The position numbers and the translations under genes are program-made. Under the pieces are notes generated by a model. That model searched no databases and was not told the origin of the DNA. It saw only the letters and a program-made list of their open reading frames with translations. A DNA stretch of 64,000 nucleotides from Chloropicon primus (Eukaryota). Location: assembly GCA_023205875.1 (NCBI GenBank), contig CP060759.1, positions 310,001 through 374,000 of the forward strand. Reading direction: 5' to 3'. Below are positions 38,644-49,513 of this stretch, piece by piece. Numbering within the stretch: position 1 is the stretch's first letter; each line of letters starts with the position of its first letter.

Positions 38644-39426
38644 TCACTTGTACGGGGACTGGCGCGGCGTCGACTTCTTCCTCCTGTGCCGCTGGGGCGT
38701 CTGGTGGGGCGACGTCGTCGTCGTCGTCGAGGAAGAGTAATACCCGTTGCCCGCCTCGCCCTTGGTCGGAGTGCCCATCGATTTCTTCCTCCTCTTGTTC
38801 CCTTGGGAGGGCGACTTTTGCTTCAGCTGGGGCGTGTGGGGCTGGAAATCCACGTAGTAACTAAGGCCCCGGGGCTTGTTGACGAGCTCGAGGTCGGGCG
38901 GGAGCTTCTTCCCGATGGCCTGCCCGCGCGTGCAATGCTTCACCTTGCACCCCAGGGAGCAGTACGACAGGCCCTCGTGGAGGTGCCTCCCGCAAGTCAC
39001 GCACCCCTCGCTCTGGGCGTCCGATCCCCCGGACGACTTGTTCCTGCTCTGGGGCCTCTCCCTCAGGAACACGACCTGGGAGGAGTTGATGATGTACGTC
39101 TGGATCCCGGACGTGTTCACCAGCTTGGAAAGCTCCCTCTCCCTCACCACGTCGTGGTACGAGCTCCTGCGTATCTGCAGAATGTGGTGGCTGGCGTGCT
39201 CGTGCATGCAGAGCTGGCAGATCCCGTGGGGTTCCGCGCACGTCAGGCACAAAAAGTTCACCACAGCCTTGTGGGACTCGGTGGCATACGAGGGGAGCTG
39301 GGAGCACCTGGCGCAGGGCTTGAAGAATCCCGTGCTCGGCGATATCAGCACCGGGAGCCACTCCACGGCGTTCGGCACCTTCCCCTCCGATTTTCCCACG
39401 CCCTGCTTGTTCTCCTTCCCCTCCAT
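38644..39426 (-). CDS. PLATZ zinc-binding transcription factor
   Basis: NFLCLTC...CQLC...H..H.ILQIRRSSYHDVVR, IQTYIINSSQVVFLRERPQ, C..C.R.L...YCSLGCK, RRKK.TP.QSP. Confidence 0.92.
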   Translation of the reverse strand: MEGKENKQGVGKSEGKVPNAVEWLPVLISPSTGFFKPCARCSQLPSYATESHKAVVNFLCLTCAEPHGICQLCMHEHASHHILQIRRSSYHDVVRERELSKLVNTSGIQTYIINSSQVVFLRERPQSRNKSSGGSDAQSEGCVTCGRHLHEGLSYCSLGCKVKHCTRGQAIGKKLPPDLELVNKPRGLSYYVDFQPHTPQLKQKSPSQGNKRRKKSMGTPTKGEAGNGYYSSSTTTTTSPHQTPQRHRRKKSTPRQSPYK

Positions 39427-40301
39427 CACCAAGGATCCCACGACGGCCGACCGACGACGATGGCTGGGTTTGGAGCTTGGACTCCGCTCGTGCTGTTGTT
39501 CAGATTTGAACTAGGGAGAGTCCAGTCTAGACGAGCAAAAGAAAGGAAAAAAAACCCGAAAACCGGTCGGTCGTCGCCAGAAAGCAAGACACGAGAGCGT
39601 CCGCACTCCGCCCGATGCCGCAATTTCAGCTTCTGTGCCCGCCTCCCCGGTCACGCTCGCGCGAACCCCATCCCTCCCTATTGGTCTCGAAGGGTCTTTT
39701 TTTGATTCCCTCGAGGAGGGGGAACGGAACGGAACGGAAGAACGAAAGCGAACCGGGTCGTCCAAAAAAAAAAAAAAACCCGAACAAAAGCAGAGCGAAG
39801 TCCTCGTCCAATTCCTCAATGCCCCTCACTCCTCCTCCTCGTCTTCGTCTTCGTCGTCGTCGTCGTCGTCGGTTTGTTTCCTATTGCTTTCTCGTTCTCT
39901 GCCCTCGAGCTCAAATCTCATCTGTCGTTTTCTCTCTGCTACACCGCGAGAGAGTAGAAATCGCACTCAAACCCCACGTGATTATTAACCTTGTTACACC
40001 AAAATGAAGACTGGTTACACTGATCGGGGACGACCCTTTGAGAGGTGGAGAAAAGAGCAAAAAGGATAAGAAGGATAAGACGACGGCAACCTTTGGGTTT
40101 GGGTTTGGGTTTGAGTGAGTGGTCGGTCGAGAAGAGGTGCGAGGGAGAGAGGGAGGGAGAGAGGGTCTCGTGCGTGAGGCGTTTGCTTTTTCGTTCCGCC
40201 ACCTTCTTTTTTTTCATCCTTCTTCTTCTTCTTCTTCCTTTTTCCATCTTGCTCTGCTTTGCTCTGCTCTGTGGTGAAGAGGTGAGGGTGAGGTGGGATA
40301 G

Positions 40302-41276
40302 ATGAAGGGGAGGGACGGGGTGGTGGCGAGGGCGAGAGTGTCCGCGTCTCCGTCGGCTTCGTCGGCTTCGTCGGCTTCGTCGTCGTCGTCGCACTCGTCG
40401 TGGAAATGCTGCAGGAGGCTGGCTCGGGGAAGGAGGTCTTGCTCGTCCTTTGCTAGGGGGGCGAGGGCTTTGGGGGGTTCCGGGGAGGAATCCTCCTCCT
40501 CCTCCTCTTCCTCCTCCTCCTCCTCGTCGTCGTTCGAAAACGGGAGCATCCTGCCTGGATCCCTGCTCGACGGCACGTCGCTGCCGGAGAACTTCAGCAT
40601 TATCGAGAGCTCGGAGAGCATGAAGGACTTTGGGCTGCTGGACATGAAGGCCCTGGCGGACAACATCAAGGCCAGGCGGAACACCATCTTCCTCCTGATG
40701 GAGGAGGTGCGGCGGCTCAGGATTCAGCTGCGCCTGAAGGAGGGGGAGGACGAAGGGGCGGCGGCGTCCGCGGAGCAGGACGACGAGCCGTACAGCTCGG
40801 CGATCCCCTTCCTGCCCCCCGTTGGGACGGACACGCTCAAGTACTACTACTGGGTCTACGGCTTCGGGGTGGCGGGGCTGGTGATCTTCGGGGGGCTCAT
40901 CGCGCCGGCCCTCGAGGTCAGGCTCGGCATCGGGGGGCTGTCGTACCTCGAGTTCATCCAGTCCGTGGGCCTGCCGAGGCAGCTCGCCCTGGTCGACCCC
41001 ATCGTGGCCTCCTTCGTCGGCGGGGCCGTGGGCGTGCTTTCCGCCCTTCTCGTCGTCGAGGTGAACAACGTCACGGAGAAGGAGAAGGACAAGTGCTTCT
41101 ACTGCGAGGGGAGCGGGTACCTGGCCTGCGGCCAGTGCGGCGGGACGGGAAAGATCGAGGGGGGCCAGATCTGCCCCACCTGCAGCGGGACGAGGAAGGT
41201 GATGTGCACCACGTGCCTGTGCACGGGAAGGCTCATGGCCACGGAGCACGACCCGAGGATAGACCCGTTCGTGTGA
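40302..41276 (+). CDS. OR: ORANGE protein (plastid DnaJ-type zinc finger chaperone of phytoene synthase)
   Basis: LPENFSIIE, NIKARRNTIFLLMEEVRRLRIQ, VDPIVASFVGGAVG, CxxCxGxG repeats, EHDPRIDPF. Confidence 0.93.
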   Translation: MKGRDGVVARARVSASPSASSASSASSSSSHSSWKCCRRLARGRRSCSSFARGARALGGSGEESSSSSSSSSSSSSSFENGSILPGSLLDGTSLPENFSIIESSESMKDFGLLDMKALADNIKARRNTIFLLMEEVRRLRIQLRLKEGEDEGAAASAEQDDEPYSSAIPFLPPVGTDTLKYYYWVYGFGVAGLVIFGGLIAPALEVRLGIGGLSYLEFIQSVGLPRQLALVDPIVASFVGGAVGVLSALLVVEVNNVTEKEKDKCFYCEGSGYLACGQCGGTGKIEGGQICPTCSGTRKVMCTTCLCTGRLMATEHDPRIDPFV

Positions 41277-41378
41277 ATCCGCGCGAGCGCAAGAGGACGT
41301 TCTCATGTATGACACTTTGTGAAACAAAACAGCAGACAACACCAAGTTCACGCTTCTTCTTCTTCTTCTTCTTCCGCT

Positions 41379-42731
41379 TCACTGGATTCTCTCCATCACC
41401 CTGAGCTGGTCGTACGTCGCGATCTGGTTGAAGCCGTCGCTCCAGTTGATCTGCACCGCGTAGTTCCCGAGGGGCTTGATCTCCAGGGGGAAGATGTGGG
41501 GGCTGAACTCCTGGTTGATCGGCTCGCCAGTCAGCTGGTCGATGAACTTCGCCGACTGGTCGTTCTTCCTCACCACCAGGGGCTCGATCTCAAAGCTGTC
41601 CCACCTCCCCTCCCCCCCCTCGCTCCCCTCCTCGAACAGCGAGACGTGCATCTCGTGCATGTTCGGGTCGTACTTCACCTTGTGCTTCCTCTTCGTGCCC
41701 ATTTTCGTGACTTCCTTGATGACGGAGGCCCCGAGCTCCTGCATGGAGCCGGCCACGTCCGAAAGGGGGTCGCTGACCACGCAGGGCACCCCCTCGTCCG
41801 ACCCGCTCGAGACTTCCTCCTTGATTGGCATTCGGACGAGGTGAGGGATGGCGAACTCGCCCTGGATCTGCTCGCCAGAACCCTTGCCGAAAGGAAAGTA
41901 GCGCTTGCCGTCGTCCCCGTCGAAGTAGCTCATGTTCTCCACGACGCTCACGCAAGGCACGTCCAACCGGGCGAACATTCGGATCCCCTTGGCCACGTCG
42001 GCGTAAGCAAGCTTGTGCGGAGTCGTGACGACGACCGCGCACGCGATCGGGACGGCCTGCCCGATCGTCAGGTGAATGTCACCCGTCCCCGGGGGCATGT
42101 CGATGAGGAGGTAGTCCAGGTCCCCCCAGTTCGTCGTCGTCAGGAGCTGGTTCACGAGGCCACCTGCCATGGGGCCCCTCATGATCGCGCTGCCCTCCGT
42201 GGTGAACCCAAAGCTGACGAGCTTGACGTTCTCGTACTCGACGGGAGCTATCTCCTTGGTCTCCGGGTCCATCACTAGCTTGGACTTGCCGTAATCGGGC
42301 GAAACCATGATCGGAAGAGACGGACCGTACACGTCCGCGTCGAAGATCCCGACCTTGGCGCCCATCTGACTCAACGTGTACGCGAGGTTCACGCAAGTGG
42401 TGCTCTTGCCCACGCCACCCTTGCACGAGGCCACAGCTATCATGTGCTTTACGCCCCTCAACCCTTTCGGGAGCTCGGCGCCCTCCGCCTCCTCCTGCCC
42501 CCCTTGCGGCGTCACCTCCACCTCCCCCGTGCTGCAAGCCGTCGCCACTCGCGTCTCGTGACAGAGCCTCCTCCCCCCCTTGCGAAGCCTCCTTCTCCAT
42601 CCCCATCCGGCACCACACCAAGCATCTTGGCTTCCACAACGTCGCGAGGTCGTCGCCCTCTGGCAAGCGGTCCTTCCGGCGAGCCGACCCGCTCGTCCTC
42701 CCGCCCTCAAGCACTCCAATGGAGCGGACAT
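41379..42731 (-). CDS. HCF101: HCF101-like Mrp/NBP35 P-loop Fe-S scaffold ATPase with C-terminal DUF971
   Basis: IAVASCKGGVGKST, DADVYGPSLP, DMPPGTGDIHLT, VVENM; DUF971-like GNYAVQINWSDGFNQIATYDQL. Confidence 0.85.
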   Translation of the reverse strand: MSAPLECLRAGGRAGRLAGRTACQRATTSRRCGSQDAWCGAGWGWRRRLRKGGRRLCHETRVATACSTGEVEVTPQGGQEEAEGAELPKGLRGVKHMIAVASCKGGVGKSTTCVNLAYTLSQMGAKVGIFDADVYGPSLPIMVSPDYGKSKLVMDPETKEIAPVEYENVKLVSFGFTTEGSAIMRGPMAGGLVNQLLTTTNWGDLDYLLIDMPPGTGDIHLTIGQAVPIACAVVVTTPHKLAYADVAKGIRMFARLDVPCVSVVENMSYFDGDDGKRYFPFGKGSGEQIQGEFAIPHLVRMPIKEEVSSGSDEGVPCVVSDPLSDVAGSMQELGASVIKEVTKMGTKRKHKVKYDPNMHEMHVSLFEEGSEGGEGRWDSFEIEPLVVRKNDQSAKFIDQLTGEPINQEFSPHIFPLEIKPLGNYAVQINWSDGFNQIATYDQLRVMERIQ

Positions 42732-43041
42732 CCCGACGCACGAACCTCGAACGCACAACCGCTTCCTCTCTCTCTCTGAGTTATCCAGATCTCCGGCTGT
42801 GCAGACCAATCAATCGGGCAGCAGGAGATGGCGATGGAAGGGAGAAGAGGAGGAAGCACAGGAGGTGTGGAGACAATGGCACGGAAAGGGATTGTTCGTT
42901 TGACTTTATTGTAGGGGAGGGGACGTGCTGTGCTGTTGGAAAAACGCTCGACAGAGCTTGGAGCAATGTGAACCAAGGATGATTAGTTATCCACACGGTG
43001 ATGGGTGGGGGAGACTTTGGTGTGTGTTCTGGCTCGCGCTC

Positions 43042-43872
43042 TCAAGTCCCGAATCTTTGTTTTGTGTCGAAGTATTTCTCGAGAACCCGGTTCAGCTGGC
43101 CGACCAGGGCGCTCTCCTCGAGGCCCAAGGGAATTTTGTAGATCTCGGCGCACCTCGTGTGCCACGGGAAGAAGCCCGAAAGGCTGAACGCCTCCCCCCT
43201 CGGAGAAAAGCAGAGGATGAGGTCAGGGGGCTTCCCGAGAGCGCCTGTACTTGCTGCGGAAGACGCGCAGACCTCCTTCACCGGGTGGCTCTCCACGAAC
43301 GATTCGAGGTGGCGGCCCTCCGCCCTCTCCCCGTTTCCCAACGTCCCCAGGCTCTTCACCGCTCCGCTGACACAGGACTCCCAGTCCTGCTCGCAGAGCA
43401 GCTTCACCGTGCAGCACAGGGAAGGACCCGCAGGCGCGTCCGCTCCCGCATCTCCCTCCCCCCCCGGCGCCTCCCGGTCTCCTTGACCGAACAGCCCCTT
43501 CCGAAGCTCGCGCTCGCCCCACTGCGACTTGAGCACCCCTTGCCCGTCATATATCAGGACGGTCCCGACTCCCCGCTCGTTCAAATACCTCGTCGTCCGA
43601 CACACCGCCGGCACGGCCTTCTCCCAGGTCAGTCCCCTCTCGTCGGTGCCCCCTGCCCCCCCCCTCGACGACGGTGCCGTGGATCCCACCACCAGCCCCA
43701 CCACCCTCAGATCCTTCGGTTTCGATCCCTTGTGGCCCCTCCCCTCCGAGGACGCCGCCCAGTACGTCGAGCAGATCTCTCCCGCCGAGTCCGTGGCCGT
43801 CCTCGCGGTCAGCATCACCCACACCACCATCCTCAGAGCAAGCCTCCCCGCCCATGCTGCGGCCTTCTCCAT
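43042..43872 (-). CDS. NUS1: NgBR/Nus1 (LEW1)-like non-catalytic cis-prenyltransferase subunit
   Basis: YDGQGVLK, PDLILCF...LSGFFPWHTRCAEI, C-terminal QRFG motif; N-terminal hydrophobic segment. Confidence 0.78.
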   Translation of the reverse strand: MEKAAAWAGRLALRMVVWVMLTARTATDSAGEICSTYWAASSEGRGHKGSKPKDLRVVGLVVGSTAPSSRGGAGGTDERGLTWEKAVPAVCRTTRYLNERGVGTVLIYDGQGVLKSQWGERELRKGLFGQGDREAPGGEGDAGADAPAGPSLCCTVKLLCEQDWESCVSGAVKSLGTLGNGERAEGRHLESFVESHPVKEVCASSAASTGALGKPPDLILCFSPRGEAFSLSGFFPWHTRCAEIYKIPLGLEESALVGQLNRVLEKYFDTKQRFGT

Positions 43873-44246
43873 CCCTCCTCGACCCCTTCCCTCTCCTCTC
43901 CTCCTCTTCTCCTCTTCGCAACGCAACGCAACGCACCAGCGAGCGAGCGAGCGAGCGAGCGAACGAATGAATGAAGCTCTTGCTGCCTCTCGCGCGAGGG
44001 CCTCCTCGCGACAGGTGGCCGTCGCCTGGTGCCTCGCGTCCTCCTCCTCCTCGCCTCGGCGCTCAGTCTCGAGTGGTCGCGATGGCGGAGGGGAGGGAGG
44101 GAAGCGAGCGAGAGGGGCGGAGAGAAGGGGCGAAGGGAGGGAGGGGGAGGTGACAGGCGGAAGCGTCGCGTCTTTCTCTTTCGAACGGGTCGTCGGTCGA
44201 CCGAAACGATGCCGTGGTGAGAAAGAAATTGAGTCAAAAGAACTGA

Positions 44247-45424
44247 ATGGGATCGGAGGAAGGGGAGAGGAGGAGGAGGAGGAAGCACGGGAGGCGGCGG
44301 CACAAGTCAGGAGGGTCAGGTCACAGACACAAGAGGCGCAGGTCGGATGGCGCAAGGGAACGACACGAGTCTCGTTCTCGCTCTCGTTCTCGTTCTCGTT
44401 CTCCGTTGTTGGGAGACGACGACGGGCCGACCACGAGCCAAGCCGAAGTCCTGGGAAGCTTGAGGGAAGAGGTGAGGGATCTGGTGTGGGGCATTGTGGA
44501 AGACCATCCGGAGATGAGTTCCGATTTTGGGATCATTGTGGCGCACTTCCAGAAGGGCAAGAGAATCGATATCAACAGCATGCCCGACAAGGCACTCAAG
44601 TCGAAACTGGGTGGTCTGTTCGAGGTTCTCGTGAAGCACGGAGTCTTGTCGTGTGACAAGGGCGAGAGGTTCTCCGGGGGTTCTGCGGTTTCAAGCCTAT
44701 CTCTGGTGCTGGAATTGGTCGGGGAGAGGCCGAAGAAGCAGGAGAAGCCGCCGATTGGTCCGACCATGCCTCCCTCAGCCGCGGCGGGTCCTCGGCCCCC
44801 CATAGGTCCGGCGTTGCCACCGAGCAGGAAGCCAGACGTCGGGATAGAGGACTTGCTTGACGAGGAGGACGACTTTGTGGGGCCCGTGCAGGTGACGCAG
44901 GGCGGAGCACCACTGAGGAGCGCTGGGGAGGAGATCGAGAGGATCCTGTCTTGCGCCGCCGCGGATTCCTTCCAGGTTCTCGGAGTGGATCCGGACGCCA
45001 CCACAAAGCAAGTCGTGAAGAGATACCTCAAGCTGTCCCTGTTGATTCATCCGGATAAATGCAGGTACGTGCGCTCGGCGCTTCCCTCGCCGTCGTTTTG
45101 TCGCCGACTCCTCACATGTTTCTTTTTCGTCCCCCTTGTTCTCGTTCTAGACTCGCCAACGCGGCCAAGGCTTTCACTGTCCTGAACAAGGCCAAGTCGG
45201 ACCAGCTTGACCCCTCGAAGAAGGACGACGCCCTGCTCTGGGAGATGGCCGTTGCGGAGGCAAAGCGAAGGCAGGAAAGCGAGGACTGGAAGTCCATTCG
45301 GACGACGGGGAGCGTCCAGAAGGCCAAAGGACCCCTTCAGAGAGAAGAGTGGCTGACCAACAAGGACCTCCCCCAGTCGTCGTACGTTCCGCAGCAAAAG
45401 AACGTGACGAGGTTCACGCGATGA
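44247..45424 (+). CDS. DnaJ-domain protein with GPALPP-type proline motifs; 2 exons
   Basis: IGPTMPP and IGPALPP motifs; J-domain FQVLGV...YLKLSLLIHPDKC|RLANAAKAF across intron 45065-45150; REEW motif. Confidence 0.75.
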
Positions 45425-45975
45425 GAAAAATAAAAAGGTAAGCTCCCGGCGGGTGGGATAGGCCACGTGCTTGCGAGTGGGACACTTGTGTCTCCTATTG
45501 GGATGGATCTCTCTCTTTGGTCCAACAAACGGGTTTTCTGCGAGGTTTTCTCGCAGGTTCTGTTTCCCAACCTCAAGGTCCCTACAAACGACAGAGCATA
45601 TCATAGTTCAATTGGTCTTGCTTTTTATTTAGGAAGCGCTTCACTACCAATTGTCTCCATTCATGCTGACACACACACAACAGCATCACCGAAACACGTT
45701 TTGCTGACACGTCCCAGTTCTCTATTGTTCTTGGCGCAAGGCAGAATGTAGCACAACACATAGAGCGCTTTGTAACGATTATGTTTTTTATATCTTGTAA
45801 AGAGAGGGAACCAGCATGTCATGTCTCAGTCTCTCCTCATCCCCTCCCACCCGGGCTCCTTTTTTCCCCCTCCCTCCCTTGAGCGTTACGGAGCGGAGCG
45901 GAGAGACGAGGGAGGGAGAACCAGAACCGGGCGAGCGACAAGAGAAAGGGGGGGGAGAGAGAAGGCACGACAACG

Positions 45976-46932
45976 ATGATGCCGCGTGACTTGGTCTCGA
46001 GGACGTCGACGCACGGAAGCCGACTCGGTCTCGCAGACATAAAGGAAGATGCGGAATCCGGAAACCGCGTGGTTTGTTTCGCGGTAGGGGGCAGCCAGAA
46101 CTTAGAAAGAGTTATTGACCAGGCGTGGGCGTGGGCCAAAACTAGCTTCGTCCACACGAGCGACGAGATTCACCTCGTTCACGTGCAGGGCCTCGTTGCG
46201 GGCCTCGTTGGTAACACTGGCAATCCCGCTGCCCTCCAGGCAACGCCCCTGGCCCGGAACTGGATCCCGAAACGGATACTGAACGACTTGGACCGGTACA
46301 AAGCTCATAAGCTCGTTCACCTCCATCACGATGGTGCAATCGCTGGAGCTCTCTGCGATTACGCTGAGCGCGTAGGGGCAGAAGCCATCGTGATTGGCTC
46401 CAGGGATCTCACCGCCTACCATCGCATTCTACTTGGGAGCGTCTCAAAAGCGATTCTTTCGCGTGCAGGCTGCGCCGTCGCCGTCGTCAGGCTAGGTCCC
46501 CAGCCAACTCCACGGCAGACCATTCGCCCTCGCCACGTCGTGATCGCACTGAATGACGACGAGGCATCCTCGTCCGTGATTGAAGCTGCCAAGTGCTGCT
46601 TGCTCTTCGATGATATCATAACTCTTCTGTCCATCACCACTTCCGCGGCGGAACGAGGGAAGCGCAGGAGCTTTCTGACGCAACATATGATCGGCATGCA
46701 GAAGGACTTCCAAAAGTGTCAAGTGAAAGTCTTCGCAAGCGCAGAGAACAACACGAGCAAAACCCTCGTCGACGTGATCAACGGCGCAACGCCCAAAATC
46801 AGCCTGGTCATCTGCGGTAGCCGGAGGTCGCTGGCAAAGCAATGGCTGGGCCTAGGTCTCGGATCCGTCTCTGAGTTCCTCGTCGACCACGTCGAAGCTT
46901 GTGGTGTCCTTGTTGTAAAAAAGGGTATGTGA
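45976..46932 (+). CDS. Universal stress protein with two USP domains
   Basis: VCFAVGGS, IHLVHV, IVIGSR...LLGSVS and a second ICGSR...LGSVSEFLV motif. Confidence 0.85.
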   Translation: MMPRDLVSRTSTHGSRLGLADIKEDAESGNRVVCFAVGGSQNLERVIDQAWAWAKTSFVHTSDEIHLVHVQGLVAGLVGNTGNPAALQATPLARNWIPKRILNDLDRYKAHKLVHLHHDGAIAGALCDYAERVGAEAIVIGSRDLTAYHRILLGSVSKAILSRAGCAVAVVRLGPQPTPRQTIRPRHVVIALNDDEASSSVIEAAKCCLLFDDIITLLSITTSAAERGKRRSFLTQHMIGMQKDFQKCQVKVFASAENNTSKTLVDVINGATPKISLVICGSRRSLAKQWLGLGLGSVSEFLVDHVEACGVLVVKKGM

Positions 46933-46957
46933 TTGCACGAATAAATACGAAATGGTT

Positions 46958-48883
46958 TTATTCAGGGTGAAATTTGCTTGCCTGCCTTAGGAGATCTTCC
47001 ATACCTCCCATTCCCCCCATTCCTCCTCCCATTCCCCCCATACCTCCTCCCATTCCCCCCATACCTCCTCCCATTCCCCCCATACCTCCTCCCATTCCCC
47101 CCATACCTCCTCCCATGCCTCCTCCCATACCTCCCATACCTCCCATCATCCCCGCCATGCCCGGTGGCATATCGCCCCCCATCCCTCCGCCTCCCATCAT
47201 GCCTCCTGGTCCTTTCCTCGTCCGCTGGAACTGATAGAAACCAACGCAAAACACGACTAGGAGGATCAAAGGTTGACTCATCATCTTCATCTCCACCTTT
47301 GGCGGAGCCTGGACCGGAAGCTCAGACTGATAAAACCCCAGGACCTCTTTCCCCAAGCCGACTGCCACAATTCCACTTTTCCCGATGCTTTCCAAGTAGA
47401 CGGGAGTCTCCCCCTCCCCCTCTGCATTGCCCATGACCCCGACTTGCCTCGCCAACCCAAAGCTATCTCCGAAGAGTATCTCCCTAGGAGGGCGCCTCGC
47501 GGGCCCCGTGGTGTTGAAGACCCCAACGCCGTGAGGGATCCCTATAAAGAGGTAGTTCTTAATGCTCCTCATTGTCATCTCAGAGAAGTGGGTTGGGAGC
47601 CCCAAGGGCCTGTGAGTCTTCATGACGCACCGGACGGTGTGCTTGTTGCTGTTGATGTGCAGAGTGAGAATACCACCAGTCTCCGTGACGAGGTAGGCCT
47701 TGCTGTTTGCCCCCACGTCGAACGAGGTGGCGTAAAACCTGGTTTCGGGAGAAAGGTCTTCGCATTCGATGGGCTCCGTCCTCTTGATGTCTCTCAAGTT
47801 CAGCATTCTGAGCCCGCCAGAAGTGACCAAAGTCACCGTTTGCTGGAGCCCGGGGCGCACTCCCACGATACGCTCGGTCAGCTGCTCCCTGTAGACGAGG
47901 GTCCCGTTCTCGTGGATGACAAAGAGCTCGTCCATTCGGTTGGACGCGACGTAAAATTGCTTGTGGCCGATCTTGAAGCTCTCGAGGTGCGTGATGCTTG
48001 TGTCCCGGCTTGCTTTGGGATCCTTCCGCTCGATCTTGTCGTCGCCCTCCGGTTTGGTGTCTTCTCTCACCAGCGGCTCGTCAGAGTACCGCAGAATCCT
48101 CGTCGGAGCCTCCTTCAACCTGATTTCCACTTGCTCGTCCGGGTAGTAGGTGGACTTCGTGAGCTTCTCGGTGAAGTGATACGAGTAGAGGTCCCCGTTC
48201 GCGTGGCCCACCAGGAGCTTGGACTCATTCCTTCGCACGGAAAACGCCACGGAGGCCGTCACTTGGGAGAAGTGGTCCTTGTACCCCAAGTCATCGGCGC
48301 ACACCTCCTCCCCAGCCGCGCTCGTGACCGAGAGCTTCTGCTCCAGAAGGATCTCGCCGTTCACGGGGTGGAACACCTGCAAGTTGCCGGACTTGGTCGT
48401 CACGGCAAAGTACCCCGCACGCTTCCCAGGTACGCCGCAGACGTTCGTGATGTCCCCCTTGGTCATCACTGCGGCGTTCAGGTGCATGTAATCCGCCCAC
48501 TTCTTCTGTCCGGACGCCAGGACGTGGGCCAGGCGCCCCCTGTTCGAGTGGCTGAGCGCCTGCAGAGGCTGGGACACGTCCGGGTCCTCCTCCTGGCCAA
48601 CCTTCTCCGCCACAACGACCTTGTCCGCTGACTTCTTGCCCGACCCGAACCACCAGCCCCTAGCCTTCTCCCGCCCCTCCCCCGCCCTCCTCTTCGCTTG
48701 GGCCTCGAGCTCAAACACGCGCTTCTCGAGGAAACCTATTCGCTCCAGGAGCAGTCCCGCGTCGTTGGTGTCCCTGTCGCCCAGAGGCTGCTCCGCCTGA
48801 GTCGCCCCGTGCGCGGACAACCCGCAAAGGAGCGCCAGGACACCAACCACCGCCACGTGTACACGCCACCCTCCCACCACCAT
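46958..48883 (-). CDS. Type I membrane protein with lumenal beta-propeller-like region (resembles plant At1g75140 family) and GGM-repeat cytosolic tail
   Basis: Signal peptide, VTASVAF...LLVGHANGD, TM PLILLVVFCVGFYQF, (GGMGGGM)n tail; family assignment from memory. Confidence 0.6.
   Translation of the reverse strand: MVVGGWRVHVAVVGVLALLCGLSAHGATQAEQPLGDRDTNDAGLLLERIGFLEKRVFELEAQAKRRAGEGREKARGWWFGSGKKSADKVVVAEKVGQEEDPDVSQPLQALSHSNRGRLAHVLASGQKKWADYMHLNAAVMTKGDITNVCGVPGKRAGYFAVTTKSGNLQVFHPVNGEILLEQKLSVTSAAGEEVCADDLGYKDHFSQVTASVAFSVRRNESKLLVGHANGDLYSYHFTEKLTKSTYYPDEQVEIRLKEAPTRILRYSDEPLVREDTKPEGDDKIERKDPKASRDTSITHLESFKIGHKQFYVASNRMDELFVIHENGTLVYREQLTERIVGVRPGLQQTVTLVTSGGLRMLNLRDIKRTEPIECEDLSPETRFYATSFDVGANSKAYLVTETGGILTLHINSNKHTVRCVMKTHRPLGLPTHFSEMTMRSIKNYLFIGIPHGVGVFNTTGPARRPPREILFGDSFGLARQVGVMGNAEGEGETPVYLESIGKSGIVAVGLGKEVLGFYQSELPVQAPPKVEMKMMSQPLILLVVFCVGFYQFQRTRKGPGGMMGGGGMGGDMPPGMAGMMGGMGGMGGGMGGGMGGMGGGMGGMGGGMGGMGGGMGGMGGGMGGMGGMEDLLRQASKFHPE
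47000..47150. repeat. 21-bp coding minisatellite encoding GGMGGGM repeats
   Basis: Repeated CCTCCCATTCCCCCCATACCT units. Confidence 0.88.
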
Positions 48884-49513
48884 CGTGACAACCACACGCG
48901 ATGCGTTGCTCGCGAGGGGTCAAACGAAAGAGAACGAGACGTCCCTCAACAACCCTTGCGTTCGTCCCTCTCGCCCTCGCCTTGGTCCACTTGTCGTTCC
49001 GGACTCCCCTCAAGCCTGAGCCAGAGCAAAGGAACCAAAGTTGGAAGAAAAAAACCTTCTTCACTCAGTCGTGAAATCCTCCACACGACGTCATTCCCTT
49101 CGAGCGAGGGCTTGAAAGAAAGACCACGACACGATGCGTAACTCAGTAACCCTTACGTTCGTCCCTCTCTCGCCCTCGACTCGCTCCACTTGTCGCTCGC
49201 TTCTCGGCTTGGCTCCCCTCTATCGCCCCTCTGTCGATTCAAACCATTCAGATCATCGATCGACGAGAGAGGTGAGCAGAGAGCCGCCAGGAGAAACCTG
49301 TGAAGGCGGATCGATCGGGGAGCTGGAAGAGGTGGGCGTTCGGCGAGGCTGAGGTGCGAAGAGAGGGGAAAGGGAGAGGGAAAGGTCCGTAGAAAGATTG
49401 TTATTGTCGCGGGCTTTCGATCGATACCTCGGTTGAAGGGTTTGGTGCCCGGAGTGGAGTGCTGGAGGACGAGGAAGGGTGAGTGAGTGGTGAGGAAGAA
49501 GGAGAGGGAAGGG

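Noticed and set aside
40092..40113. (TTTGGG)n and similar telomere-like tracts (also ~12223, ~35528, ~60011)
   Set aside because: Only 2-4 units amid abundant microsatellites; insufficient for an interstitial telomere call.
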